From the NCBI GenBank assembly GCA_017553325.1, contig JAFZMH010000006.1:25759-89758 (forward strand): a stretch of 64,000 nucleotides of DNA, written 5' to 3'. Below are positions 1 through 8,571 of the stretch, piece after piece (position 1 is the stretch's first letter; every line of letters starts with the position of its first letter). A program made the position numbers and the translations under genes. Under the pieces are notes generated by a model. The model ran no database searches. It was not told the origin of the DNA and was given only the letters and a program-made list of their open reading frames with translations. This DNA comes from Clostridia bacterium. Its GTDB lineage: Bacteria; Bacillota; Clostridia; Christensenellales; CAG-917.

Positions 1-302
1 GAGCCTTCTTCGTCAGCGCAAAGACAGGCGAGGGCGTCGAAAACGTTGCCAAAGAGATTGCGTCGTTGTTCAGAGAGAACAAGGTCGAGGGCGGAGAACT
101 CATCACGTCCAAACGCCACGTGTCCGCGCTTTACGAGGCTAAACGCGCGCTCGAAAGCGCCGCTTTGCAAAAGGACGTCACGCTCGATTTGTTGCTCGTC
201 GACCTTTCAAACGCCTATAACGCACTCGGCGAAATAACCGGCAAGACCGCCACGGAAGATGTTGTGGATTCGATATTCAGCCGTTTTTGTGTCGGAAAAT
301 AA
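1..302 (+). CDS. mnmE: tRNA modification GTPase MnmE, 3' part (5' end outside window)
   Basis: C-terminus ...LGEITGKTATEDVVDSIFSRFCVGK has the MnmE FCxGK signature; lies directly upstream of mnmG. Confidence 0.93.
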   Translation, partial: AFFVSAKTGEGVENVAKEIASLFRENKVEGGELITSKRHVSALYEAKRALESAALQKDVTLDLLLVDLSNAYNALGEITGKTATEDVVDSIFSRFCVGK

Positions 303-426
303 AAACCGTGCTATTTGTCGCCGGACTTTGTCGGAACCAATTTGCTCGAGGGTCACGTACTACTTTTGCGCGCTCATCTCTCACAAAAGGCTCTTCCGCG
401 TCATCCATCCAAATATCGCGGTTTTT
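301..426 (+). repeat. ~125-nt structured intergenic element, copy A
   Basis: Outer stem AAAAACCGTGCTATTT / AAATATCGCGGTTTTT, internal CTTTGTC ... GTAC ... CTTCCGCG ... CATC; same architecture as copies B-E. Confidence 0.7.
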
Positions 427-479
427 GCAAGCGGTTTAAAATCGGGGAAACAAAAATCAAAATCTTAAAAAAAGAAAGA

Positions 480-2321
480 ATGAAAGCAGACATTGTCGTC
501 ATCGGCGGCGGACACGCGGGTGTCGAAGCCGCATTGGCGAGCGCAAGACTCAATAAAAAGACCGTTATGCTGTGCCTTGACTATGGCACGGTATCTCTTA
601 TGCCCTGCAACCCGTCGATTGGCGGTACGGCAAAGGGGCATTTGGTCCGCGAGGTGGACGCGCTCGGCGGCGAGATGGGTATAATCGCGGACAAGGCTCT
701 GCTTCAAATAAAGATGCTTAACTCCGCAAAAGGGCCGGCGGTTTTCTCCTTGCGAGGGCAGGAGGACAAGCGCGTATATCACGAACTTATGCTCGACGTC
801 GTTCGTAGCACCGAGAACCTCGAAGCGGTTGACGACGAAGCGGTGGAAATCGTGGCGGAAGACGGCAGGGTAAAGTCGGTTATGACCGCAAGAGGAAGAA
901 AAATCGACTGCAGAGCAGTCGTACTTGCGGCAGGCGTGTATCTAAACGGCGAGATTATAATCGGCGACTACGTCAAAAAGAGCGGTCCGAGCGGTTTTGC
1001 TCCCGCAAACAAACTCACGGACAGCCTTTTGAAACTCGGGCTTCCCATACGCCGTTTCAAGACGGGGACTCCCGCAAGAGTATATCGCGACAGTCTCGAT
1101 TTTTCCAAAATGGAAATTCAAAAGGGCGAGGACGTGGACAGGTTTTCCTTTATGTCTCCGCGCGCGACTTTTAAAGAAGAACCCTGCTATCTCACGTATA
1201 CGAACGAGAGTACGCACAAGATCATTCTCGACAATATTGAGCGCAGTCCGCTGTACAACGGCACGATAAAGAGCGTGGGACCACGCTATTGTCCGTCCAT
1301 AGAGACCAAAATCGTCCGTTTCAAGGATAAGGAACGCCATCAAATCTTCGTCGAGCCCGAGGGCGCGAACAGCGACGAGATGTACGTTCAGGGTATGTCG
1401 ACCTCGCTTCCGCACGACGTTCAGGAGCAGATGTACAGGACGCTTCCCGGGTTTGAAAACTGCCGCTTTGCAAAATACGGTTATGCGATTGAGTACGATT
1501 GCATAGATTCTCTCTCTATGTACCCGTCGCTTGAGAGCAAGATTGTCGAGGGGCTGTTCTCCGCAGGACAGATAAACGGGAGCAGCGGCTACGAAGAAGC
1601 GGCGGCGCAGGGGCTTATCGCGGGCATAAACGCGGCAAGAAAGGTCGACGGCAAAGAGCCCGTAGTGCTCGGCAGGGACCAAGCGTATATCGGCGTGCTT
1701 ATCGACGACCTCGTCACCAAGGGGACGAACGAACCGTATCGCATGATGACCGCGCGTGCCGAACACCGTATTATGCTCCGTCAGGACAATGCCGATATGC
1801 GCCTCACGCCGATAGGCTACGAGGTCGGTCTCGCAACAATAGAAAGATACGCGCGCATGTGCGCGAAGAGGGAGAATATCAACAAAATAATCGAGTTTTC
1901 CTCCGTCGCGCTTCCAAAATCGCAAATAGCCCCGCTCTTTGACAGAATAAGAGAGGTTTTGCCGGACAAGGCGGTCACGTTTGGCGACGTATGTCGCAGA
2001 CCTCTCGTCTCGGCAGGGGACGTAAAGGAGTTTTTGCCGTTCGACGTCGACGGCGAAACCTTAAACGCCGCCGTGGTCGAACTCAAATACGCCGGCTATC
2101 TCAAAAAAGAGGAAGCAGCCGTCAAGGAACAGCAAAGACTTGAGAGCAAACTCATCCCCAAAGATTTCGATTATATGAGCGTCAAGGCTCTCCGCATAGA
2201 GGCGAGAGAAAAACTCGCGAGCGTGCGCCCGCTAAACCTCGGTCAGGCGTCAAGAATTTCCGGCGTTTCACCCGCAGACGTGGCGGTTCTCATCGTCGCG
2301 TTACGGCAGATGGGCGTTTAA
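480..2321 (+). CDS. mnmG: tRNA uridine 5-carboxymethylaminomethyl modification enzyme MnmG (GidA)
   Basis: GGGHAG FAD motif, CNPSIGG, RFKTGTP, GPRYCPSIE, GQINGSSGYEEAAAQG; start reset to ATG 480 (MKADIVVIG). Confidence 0.97.
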   Translation: MKADIVVIGGGHAGVEAALASARLNKKTVMLCLDYGTVSLMPCNPSIGGTAKGHLVREVDALGGEMGIIADKALLQIKMLNSAKGPAVFSLRGQEDKRVYHELMLDVVRSTENLEAVDDEAVEIVAEDGRVKSVMTARGRKIDCRAVVLAAGVYLNGEIIIGDYVKKSGPSGFAPANKLTDSLLKLGLPIRRFKTGTPARVYRDSLDFSKMEIQKGEDVDRFSFMSPRATFKEEPCYLTYTNESTHKIILDNIERSPLYNGTIKSVGPRYCPSIETKIVRFKDKERHQIFVEPEGANSDEMYVQGMSTSLPHDVQEQMYRTLPGFENCRFAKYGYAIEYDCIDSLSMYPSLESKIVEGLFSAGQINGSSGYEEAAAQGLIAGINAARKVDGKEPVVLGRDQAYIGVLIDDLVTKGTNEPYRMMTARAEHRIMLRQDNADMRLTPIGYEVGLATIERYARMCAKRENINKIIEFSSVALPKSQIAPLFDRIREVLPDKAVTFGDVCRRPLVSAGDVKEFLPFDVDGETLNAAVVELKYAGYLKKEEAAVKEQQRLESKLIPKDFDYMSVKALRIEAREKLASVRPLNLGQASRISGVSPADVAVLIVALRQMGV

Positions 2322-2669
2322 AGCGGACAAAAATCAAGAAGAGCCAACAAAAAATTTTTTAAAAAAACCGCAAACGAGCGGTTCTTTTGGTTTTTTAAGA
2401 AAAATTTTTAAAAATTTTCAAAAAAATTTTCTTACAAAAAGCAAAAAAGCGGCATTCCAACGCGGTTTTCCAAAATATGCCGTTAGAATGCCTGTTTTGA
2501 TAAAAGCGGCATTCTAAGATAAAATCTAAATTTAAAATTTGTAAAAAATTTTTTTAACAATTTTAACAAATCTTGCAAAAATCGCAATTTTGCAAAATAT
2601 TTTTTGCATATTTTGTAAGGGTTTTATGGTGGTTTTGCAAAAAAAATTAAAAAAGTTTACAAAAAGGGG

Positions 2670-2698
2670 TTGACAAAAATAATTTTTGGTATTATTAT
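2670..2698 (+). promoter_or_regulatory. sigma-A type promoter of the orphan sRNA candidate
   Basis: TTGACA (2670-2675), 17 nt, TATTAT (2693-2698), preceded by long A/T tracts. Confidence 0.75.
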
Positions 2699-2702
2699 GT
2701 AT

Positions 2703-2804
2703 GCGTAATCAAGTGAAACGCTTGATCACGTGAGTAAAGCTCATAATTTTCCCCCTTATCATAGCGAGAGGCTAGCGAAGAAATTCGTTAGCCTCTTGCC
2801 TTTT
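2703..2804 (+). ncRNA. candidate ~100-nt small RNA
   Basis: Own promoter; two short hairpins; unpaired CAUAAUUUUCCCCCUUA; 16-bp terminator stem with GAAA loop (2764-2799) plus U-tract; no convincing ORF. Confidence 0.6.
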
Positions 2805-2924
2805 CTGCACCATTTAGCGCCTAACTTTGTCAGATTTGCGTGCACTCGCGCACCGTGTACGATTTGTACACTGGGTGGCTCGCGTGCGCATCTTTCGCGT
2901 TATGCATCTAAATGGAGCGGAAAA
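2801..2924 (+). repeat. ~125-nt structured intergenic element, copy C
   Basis: Outer stem TTTTCTGCACCATTTAG / CTAAATGGAGCGGAAAA; CTTTGTCAG ... GTGTAC-GATTT-GTACAC ... CATC; core close to copy D. Confidence 0.75.
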
Positions 2925-2995
2925 CCATGATTATTAAGAATTCTTATTTCAAACGAAGTTATGTTTATAGTGTTGGCAAATCATTTACAGAATAA

Positions 2996-4381
2996 TTATC
3001 TTTGTTCGGGGCAGAACAGTTTTTTCAGTTTGGCAAAGACGGGTTGATTGTCGGGGGAAAAACACTCGAAGGTGATTCTCAGGACCGGTTCGGTGCCGCT
3101 GGGACGGACTACGAAGCGTCCGTATTTTGAGTACAGGGTGGTAGCGGCGGTCATTTTGGTCTTGAATTCGTCGCTTTTTTGATATTCGGCGGGGTTTTCC
3201 GCAGATACGTTGAGGTCGAGCATTGGGTATGGGGTGAAAGAGGGCAAGTCTCCTATCGTCTTTTTGACCTCGAGTAGGGTGAGGGCAGTGACTATGCCGT
3301 CTCCCGTGTTGCCCTTGTCGAGCATTATTATATGTCCGCTCTTTTCGCCGCCGAGCACGGAGTTTTGAGTATTTAGCGCGTCGAGGATATATTTGTCCCC
3401 AACCGGCGTTCGCACTAGCGCGGTATTGCCGAAAGCGAGTTCGCGTTGCAATTTCGAATTCGAAAGCTCCGTCCCCACGACGATTTTCTTTTTGAGTTTG
3501 CCCTGTATGCGGTATAGGGTGGAGATTGCAAGCAAAATCGCATCGCCGTCGTACACTTTGCCGTTTACTACCGCGAGCACTCGGTCTCCGTCTCCGTCGA
3601 AGGCGAAGCCTATTTCGTCCGTCTTAACCCTTTTTGCAAACTCTTCTATATTCGTCGAACCGCAATTTACGTTGACGCGCGCCCCGTCTCGCTCGTCATT
3701 TTCAGCGACGACGGACGCCCCCAAAGACTCGAATATGCGTTTTGCAAGTTCCGCAAAGCAGCCGTAGGCGCAGTCAATGCGCACTTTTTGTCCGTCAAAA
3801 CGAGGGAACATCTTTTTGACGTGCGTGGCGTAGAGATATTCCGCTCCTTCGACTATGCGTATGCGGTGTTCCTTCGAGAGGGTGATTTTCAAGGGGCTTG
3901 CCGCTTCGTCGTCCGTGAGCACGTCGGCGGACGCGTCGTCAAGGCCGCTGAGTGCGCTCGTCCTTTGACCGACTTCCGTTTGCTTTGCAAACGACTCGCC
4001 GAGTTCTTTTAGGGAGAGGTCGAGTTTTTCCTCTACGTCGAGGGACAGTTTCTTTCCGCATTTGCCGAAAACTTTGAGCCCGTTGTATTCGGGCGGGTTG
4101 TGCGAGGCGGTTATCATAATCGCAAAGTCGGCGTCTTCAACTTGCGCGATATAGGCTAGGGCAGGAGTAGGGAGCACGCCCGCAAGATAAATCTTTGCGT
4201 CGCCCTCCAAAAGCCCCAAACACAACTGTTTTTCTATGTCGAGCGAACTCTCTCTCACGTCCCTCGCCACGAGAATTTTGTAGGCGTTTTTGCCGAGCGC
4301 CTTGCCCAGCATATACGGAACTCTGTCCGCGAGGAGTTTTTCCGCTTTGTTTCTTATGCCGTCCGTTCCAAAGTAATACAT
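2996..4381 (-). CDS. glmM: phosphoglucosamine mutase-like phosphohexomutase
   Basis: YFGTDGIR, TASHNP phosphoserine loop, FDGDGDR metal loop, GEKSGH, RPSGTEP; start reset to ATG 4381. Confidence 0.75.
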   Translation of the reverse strand: MYYFGTDGIRNKAEKLLADRVPYMLGKALGKNAYKILVARDVRESSLDIEKQLCLGLLEGDAKIYLAGVLPTPALAYIAQVEDADFAIMITASHNPPEYNGLKVFGKCGKKLSLDVEEKLDLSLKELGESFAKQTEVGQRTSALSGLDDASADVLTDDEAASPLKITLSKEHRIRIVEGAEYLYATHVKKMFPRFDGQKVRIDCAYGCFAELAKRIFESLGASVVAENDERDGARVNVNCGSTNIEEFAKRVKTDEIGFAFDGDGDRVLAVVNGKVYDGDAILLAISTLYRIQGKLKKKIVVGTELSNSKLQRELAFGNTALVRTPVGDKYILDALNTQNSVLGGEKSGHIIMLDKGNTGDGIVTALTLLEVKKTIGDLPSFTPYPMLDLNVSAENPAEYQKSDEFKTKMTAATTLYSKYGRFVVRPSGTEPVLRITFECFSPDNQPVFAKLKKLFCPEQR

Positions 4382-4479
4382 ATCATAGAGTATATTGCTT
4401 TCAAAAAGAAAAAACCTGACGTTTTTTGTCAGGGTTTTTCTATTCTTGTCTATAACTCTCGCCGTTGCGCTCTTGTCGG

Positions 4480-4956
4480 TCAATATTCGTATTCGGTGTG
4501 TATTTCAAGTTCTTTCGGCAAATCGTTTATTCTCTTTTTTATGAACAGCGGATAAAAATACTGTTCTTCAAGCGTATCGCAGTCAAGCCACTCGAACACT
4601 TCGTGATGCCTCGTTTCAAGTCCGCGGAATTTTTGCTTGCTCGGCAAATAGGTGTCCGATACGTCCACCAAAAAGTATAAGCATATTTCATGGAATTTCT
4701 CTTTGGTCGTGTCCTCTATGAAAAAACTTTCCGCCAGCCATAGGGGACGGACGATATTTGCGTCGATACCGAGTTCCTCTTTGAGTTCTCGTTTGATTGC
4801 GACCTCTGCGCTCTCGTCGAGTTTTACCCTTCCGCCCGGCAAAAAGAAATAGGGAGAGAGGTCGTTTTTGAGCGCAAGCAGTTTGCCGTCGCTTATTATG
4901 ACGGCACCCACCCTATAATTGAAAACGCCTTCTTGTGTTCTAAATGTTAAATCCAT
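4480..4956 (-). CDS. NUDIX hydrolase
   Basis: Nudix box PGGRVKLDESAEVAIKRELKEELG. Confidence 0.9.
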   Translation of the reverse strand: MDLTFRTQEGVFNYRVGAVIISDGKLLALKNDLSPYFFLPGGRVKLDESAEVAIKRELKEELGIDANIVRPLWLAESFFIEDTTKEKFHEICLYFLVDVSDTYLPSKQKFRGLETRHHEVFEWLDCDTLEEQYFYPLFIKKRINDLPKELEIHTEYEY

Positions 4957-4962
4957 AAATTC

Positions 4963-5895
4963 TCAAACGGAACGAAGTTCCTGCAAGTATTTGATTGCGT
5001 CGTTTGCGGCGATTGCTCCGTCCGCGCAGGCGGTGATTATCTGTCTCAAAGACTTTTCTCTTACGTCGCCGACGGCATATACGCCCGCTATATTAGTGCG
5101 CATTTCCTCGTCCGTGACGAGATAGCCGCCACTTGTCATATTGAGTTTTTCGTCTGCGTTTTCAAGGAAGGAAGTGTTGGGGATTTGTCCAACCGCTACA
5201 AACAGTCCGTCAACCGAAACACGACTTAAACTATTGTTTTTGACGTTTTTAACCTCTATTTGTGCAAGTTTGTCATCTCCGTATGCCTTTGTGACGACGC
5301 TGTCCCAAAGGATTTCGACGCTGCTCGATTTGATTCTGTCGGCAAGAATTTTGTCCGCTCGGAGTTCGTTTCTGCGGTGAATGAGATAGACCTTCTTCGC
5401 AAGTTTTTCAAGATACATAGCGTCCTCGACGGCGGTGTTCCCTCCGCCGACGACGGCAACTGTCTTGTCTTTGAAAAACATTCCGTCGCAAGTCGCGCAA
5501 TAGCTCAGCCCTTTGCCCGCGAGTTCGAGTTCGTTTTCGAGTCCGAGCGGGCGGGGATTTGCGCCCGTCGCGATTATGACCGCTCCGCATACGAACTCTT
5601 TGCCGTTTGCAAGAGTTATCTTTTTGTCCTTGCCTAAAAGTGCGAGTTTTGCAACGGTGCTCGTTTTCACCTTTACGTCGAAGGACTTTGCCTGATTAAG
5701 CATATTAAAGGCAAGGTCGAAACCGCCTGTTTCGGGAACGCCCGGGTAGTTTTCTACCGACGAGGTCAAAGACGCCTGTCCGCCGGGGGCCTTGCTCTCC
5801 AATATGAGCGTGCCGAGTCCACCGCGCGCGGCGTAAATTCCCGCCGTCAAACCGGCAGGTCCCGCACCCAATATGATAAGGTCGAAATCGCGCAT
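4963..5895 (-). CDS. trxB: thioredoxin-disulfide reductase
   Basis: GAGPAG, CATCDG active site, GGGNTA NADPH motif, GDVR. Confidence 0.92.
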   Translation of the reverse strand: MRDFDLIILGAGPAGLTAGIYAARGGLGTLILESKAPGGQASLTSSVENYPGVPETGGFDLAFNMLNQAKSFDVKVKTSTVAKLALLGKDKKITLANGKEFVCGAVIIATGANPRPLGLENELELAGKGLSYCATCDGMFFKDKTVAVVGGGNTAVEDAMYLEKLAKKVYLIHRRNELRADKILADRIKSSSVEILWDSVVTKAYGDDKLAQIEVKNVKNNSLSRVSVDGLFVAVGQIPNTSFLENADEKLNMTSGGYLVTDEEMRTNIAGVYAVGDVREKSLRQIITACADGAIAANDAIKYLQELRSV

Positions 5896-6134
5896 AAAAT
5901 ACCTCGAGTTTTTTATGAAATAAGTATAGTTCGAAAATCGAGTTTAGTCAACATTCGCGAGAAGGTTTATCGGCGATTTCAAAACGGCGATATAAGATTG
6001 TGCCCGTGTTTTTGACGCGCCACAATATGTTGTACAAAATATTTTTTTACGACTAAAAATATATTATTCGCGTGCGAACACTTTACAAAAATATATTTTG
6101 ACTTTATAATTATTAAACATAAAATGAGGTAATT

Positions 6135-7526
6135 ATGCAAAACATCGACATCTCGACAGTCCTTAAAGAAGGACAAAAATTGAACGGTCAGTCCGTCAAC
6201 GTATGCGGCTGGATAAGAACCGCAAGAGACAGCAAAACGATGGCTTTTCTCGCTCTCAACGACGGGACGAGTCTTAAACATCTTCAAATAGTTATCGACA
6301 AGAGCAAGTTCGACGGCGCGGAACTCTCTTCCTTTATGAAGAACGGCGCATCCGTTTCGGTTGACGGTATAGTGGTGCCCGCAATGAAAGAGGGCGAATT
6401 TGAAATCAACGCGGAAAAGATTGAACTTTTGGGCGATTGCCCGCTCGAATACCCGCTTCAAAAGAAGTATCACACGATGGAGTATCTCCGCACGATCCCT
6501 CACCTCAGAGTGAGGACGAACACCTTCAACGCAATGCTCCGCGTGCGCTCCAAACTCTCGTTTGCCATTCACCGTTTCTTCCAAGAAAACGGCTACGTCT
6601 ACGTTCACACCCCGATTATTACGGGCAGCGACGCCGAAGGCGCGGGCGAGATTTTCCGCGTGACGACGCAGGAATACAAGGACGCAATGAAGGCGATGGA
6701 CGAAGAGAACTACATCGCCAACGATTTCTTCAAGCGCAAGGCGGGACTCACCGTAAGCGGACAGCTTGAAGGCGAAGTTGCGGCTATGGCGATGGGCAAG
6801 ATTTACACCTTCGGCCCCACGTTCAGGGCGGAGAACAGCAACACCCCGCGTCACGCGGCGGAGTTTTGGCAGATAGAGCCGGAAGTTGCGTTTGCAAAAC
6901 TTCCCGACATCATAGAGATTGCGACGAAGATGATAAAATATATTATCAAAGCCGTTATCGACGAGTGTCCCGACGAACTCGCTTTCTTCGAAAACGCCTT
7001 TGAAAAGGGCTTGAAAGAGAAACTCCAAAAGGTCGTGGACAGCGATTTCCAAATTCTCGACTACTCGGACGCAATCGAGATTTTGAAGAAGAGCGGACAA
7101 GAGTTCCAATACCCCGTCGAATGGGGGCTCGATTTGCAATCCGAACACGAGAGATACATTACGGAAAAGGTTTTCAACAAACCCGTTTTCGTCATCAATT
7201 ATCCAAAGCATATCAAAGCGTTTTATATGAAGCAAAACGAGGACGGTAAGACGGTTGCCGCCACCGATTTGCTGGTACCCGGCGTCGGCGAAATCATCGG
7301 TTGTTCCGAGCGTGAAGCGGACTACGAAAAGCTCAAACAGGCTATGGTGGACAGAGGCATGAACGTCGACGACTACACCTATTATCTTGATTTGAGAAAA
7401 TACGGCTCCGTTCCGCACAGCGGTTTCGGGCTCGGGCTCGAGCGTATCCTCATGTACGTGACGGGCATCGGCAATATAAGAGACGTGCAACTCTACGCGA
7501 GAACCGCCGGCGACCTTATGGTGTGA
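6135..7526 (+). CDS. asnS: asparagine--tRNA ligase
   Basis: LTVSGQL, FGPTFRAENSNTPRHAAEFW, PHSGFGLGLER. Confidence 0.96.
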   Translation: MQNIDISTVLKEGQKLNGQSVNVCGWIRTARDSKTMAFLALNDGTSLKHLQIVIDKSKFDGAELSSFMKNGASVSVDGIVVPAMKEGEFEINAEKIELLGDCPLEYPLQKKYHTMEYLRTIPHLRVRTNTFNAMLRVRSKLSFAIHRFFQENGYVYVHTPIITGSDAEGAGEIFRVTTQEYKDAMKAMDEENYIANDFFKRKAGLTVSGQLEGEVAAMAMGKIYTFGPTFRAENSNTPRHAAEFWQIEPEVAFAKLPDIIEIATKMIKYIIKAVIDECPDELAFFENAFEKGLKEKLQKVVDSDFQILDYSDAIEILKKSGQEFQYPVEWGLDLQSEHERYITEKVFNKPVFVINYPKHIKAFYMKQNEDGKTVAATDLLVPGVGEIIGCSEREADYEKLKQAMVDRGMNVDDYTYYLDLRKYGSVPHSGFGLGLERILMYVTGIGNIRDVQLYARTAGDLMV

Positions 7527-7527
7527 T

Positions 7528-8535
7528 ATGTACAGTCTCATCGTGCCCAAAGATTACAAAAACCGCATGACGGTCAGAGAGACGGAAAAGGCAATCAAGT
7601 TTGTCAAAGACCACTTTCAGCGCAATTTCATCAAGAATTTCGGGTTTGAAAGAATTTCCGCCCCTCTCTTCGTCAAGAGTAATTGCGGTTTGAACGACGA
7701 CCTAAACGGCGTGGAACGCCCCGTCAAGTTCGACGTTTTGGAGCAGGGAGTGGACGTCGAAATCGTCCATTCGCTCGCAAAATGGAAGCGCATGGCTTTA
7801 AAGGACTACGGGTTTAGGCACGGCGAGGGACTGTATACCGATATGAACGCTATTCGTCGCGACGACAAGTGCGACAATCTCCACTCCATCTACGTCGACC
7901 AATGGGACTGGGAGATGGTGATTTCAAAGGAACAGCGCAACTTGGACTTTTTGCAGAGAGTCGTGAGACGCATAGTCGGCGCAGTCGCCGATACGCTTGA
8001 GGAAACCAAGGAAGTTTTTCCCGTCATAGACCTCAATCTCAAAAGGGAAGTCAAATTTATAACGACGGAAGAGGCGCTTGAGCTGTACCCCGATTTGACC
8101 TCGAAGGAGAGAGAAGACGCGCTCGCAAAAGAGTACGGGACCGTGTTTTTGATGCAGATAGGCGGAACTCTCTCAAACGGCAAACCACACGACGGCAGGG
8201 CTCCCGACTACGACGACTGGGCGCTCAACGGAGACATCTTCTTCTTTGACGACGTGCTCGGCGAGGCGGTGGAAATCTCGTCTATGGGCATAAGGGTAGA
8301 CGCCGAGAGTCTCAAGAGACAACTCGAAATCTCGGGACATACCGAGAGACTCAAGAACGAGTATCATCAAGGCATAATGGACGGCTCCCTTCCGCTCACG
8401 ATAGGCGGAGGAATAGGGCAATCTCGTCTTTGCCTCCTCATATTGCAAAAGGCGCATATCGGCGAAGTGCAGGTCGGTCTGTGGCCGGACGAGGTCAGAG
8501 CCTCCTGCGAAGCAAACAATATACATCTACTTTGA
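7528..8535 (+). CDS. asnA: aspartate--ammonia ligase (asparagine synthetase A)
   Basis: VHSLAKWKR, HSIYVDQWDWE, RAPDYDDW, TIGGGIGQSR. Confidence 0.96.
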   Translation: MYSLIVPKDYKNRMTVRETEKAIKFVKDHFQRNFIKNFGFERISAPLFVKSNCGLNDDLNGVERPVKFDVLEQGVDVEIVHSLAKWKRMALKDYGFRHGEGLYTDMNAIRRDDKCDNLHSIYVDQWDWEMVISKEQRNLDFLQRVVRRIVGAVADTLEETKEVFPVIDLNLKREVKFITTEEALELYPDLTSKEREDALAKEYGTVFLMQIGGTLSNGKPHDGRAPDYDDWALNGDIFFFDDVLGEAVEISSMGIRVDAESLKRQLEISGHTERLKNEYHQGIMDGSLPLTIGGGIGQSRLCLLILQKAHIGEVQVGLWPDEVRASCEANNIHLL

Positions 8536-8571
8536 ATCTAATCGTTGGGCAAAGCCCAAAAGGATATATTT

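Noticed and set aside
2322-2995. Replication origin next to mnmG
   Set aside because: AT-rich, but I found no cluster of TTATCCACA DnaA boxes and there is no dnaA in the window; a promoter plus sRNA explains it better.
5979-7550. 523-aa minus-strand ORF and similar long antisense ORFs (942-1925, 22830-23831, 60776-61918, 62428-63549)
   Set aside because: They are shadows of well-supported genes on the opposite strand, with no motifs or SD.
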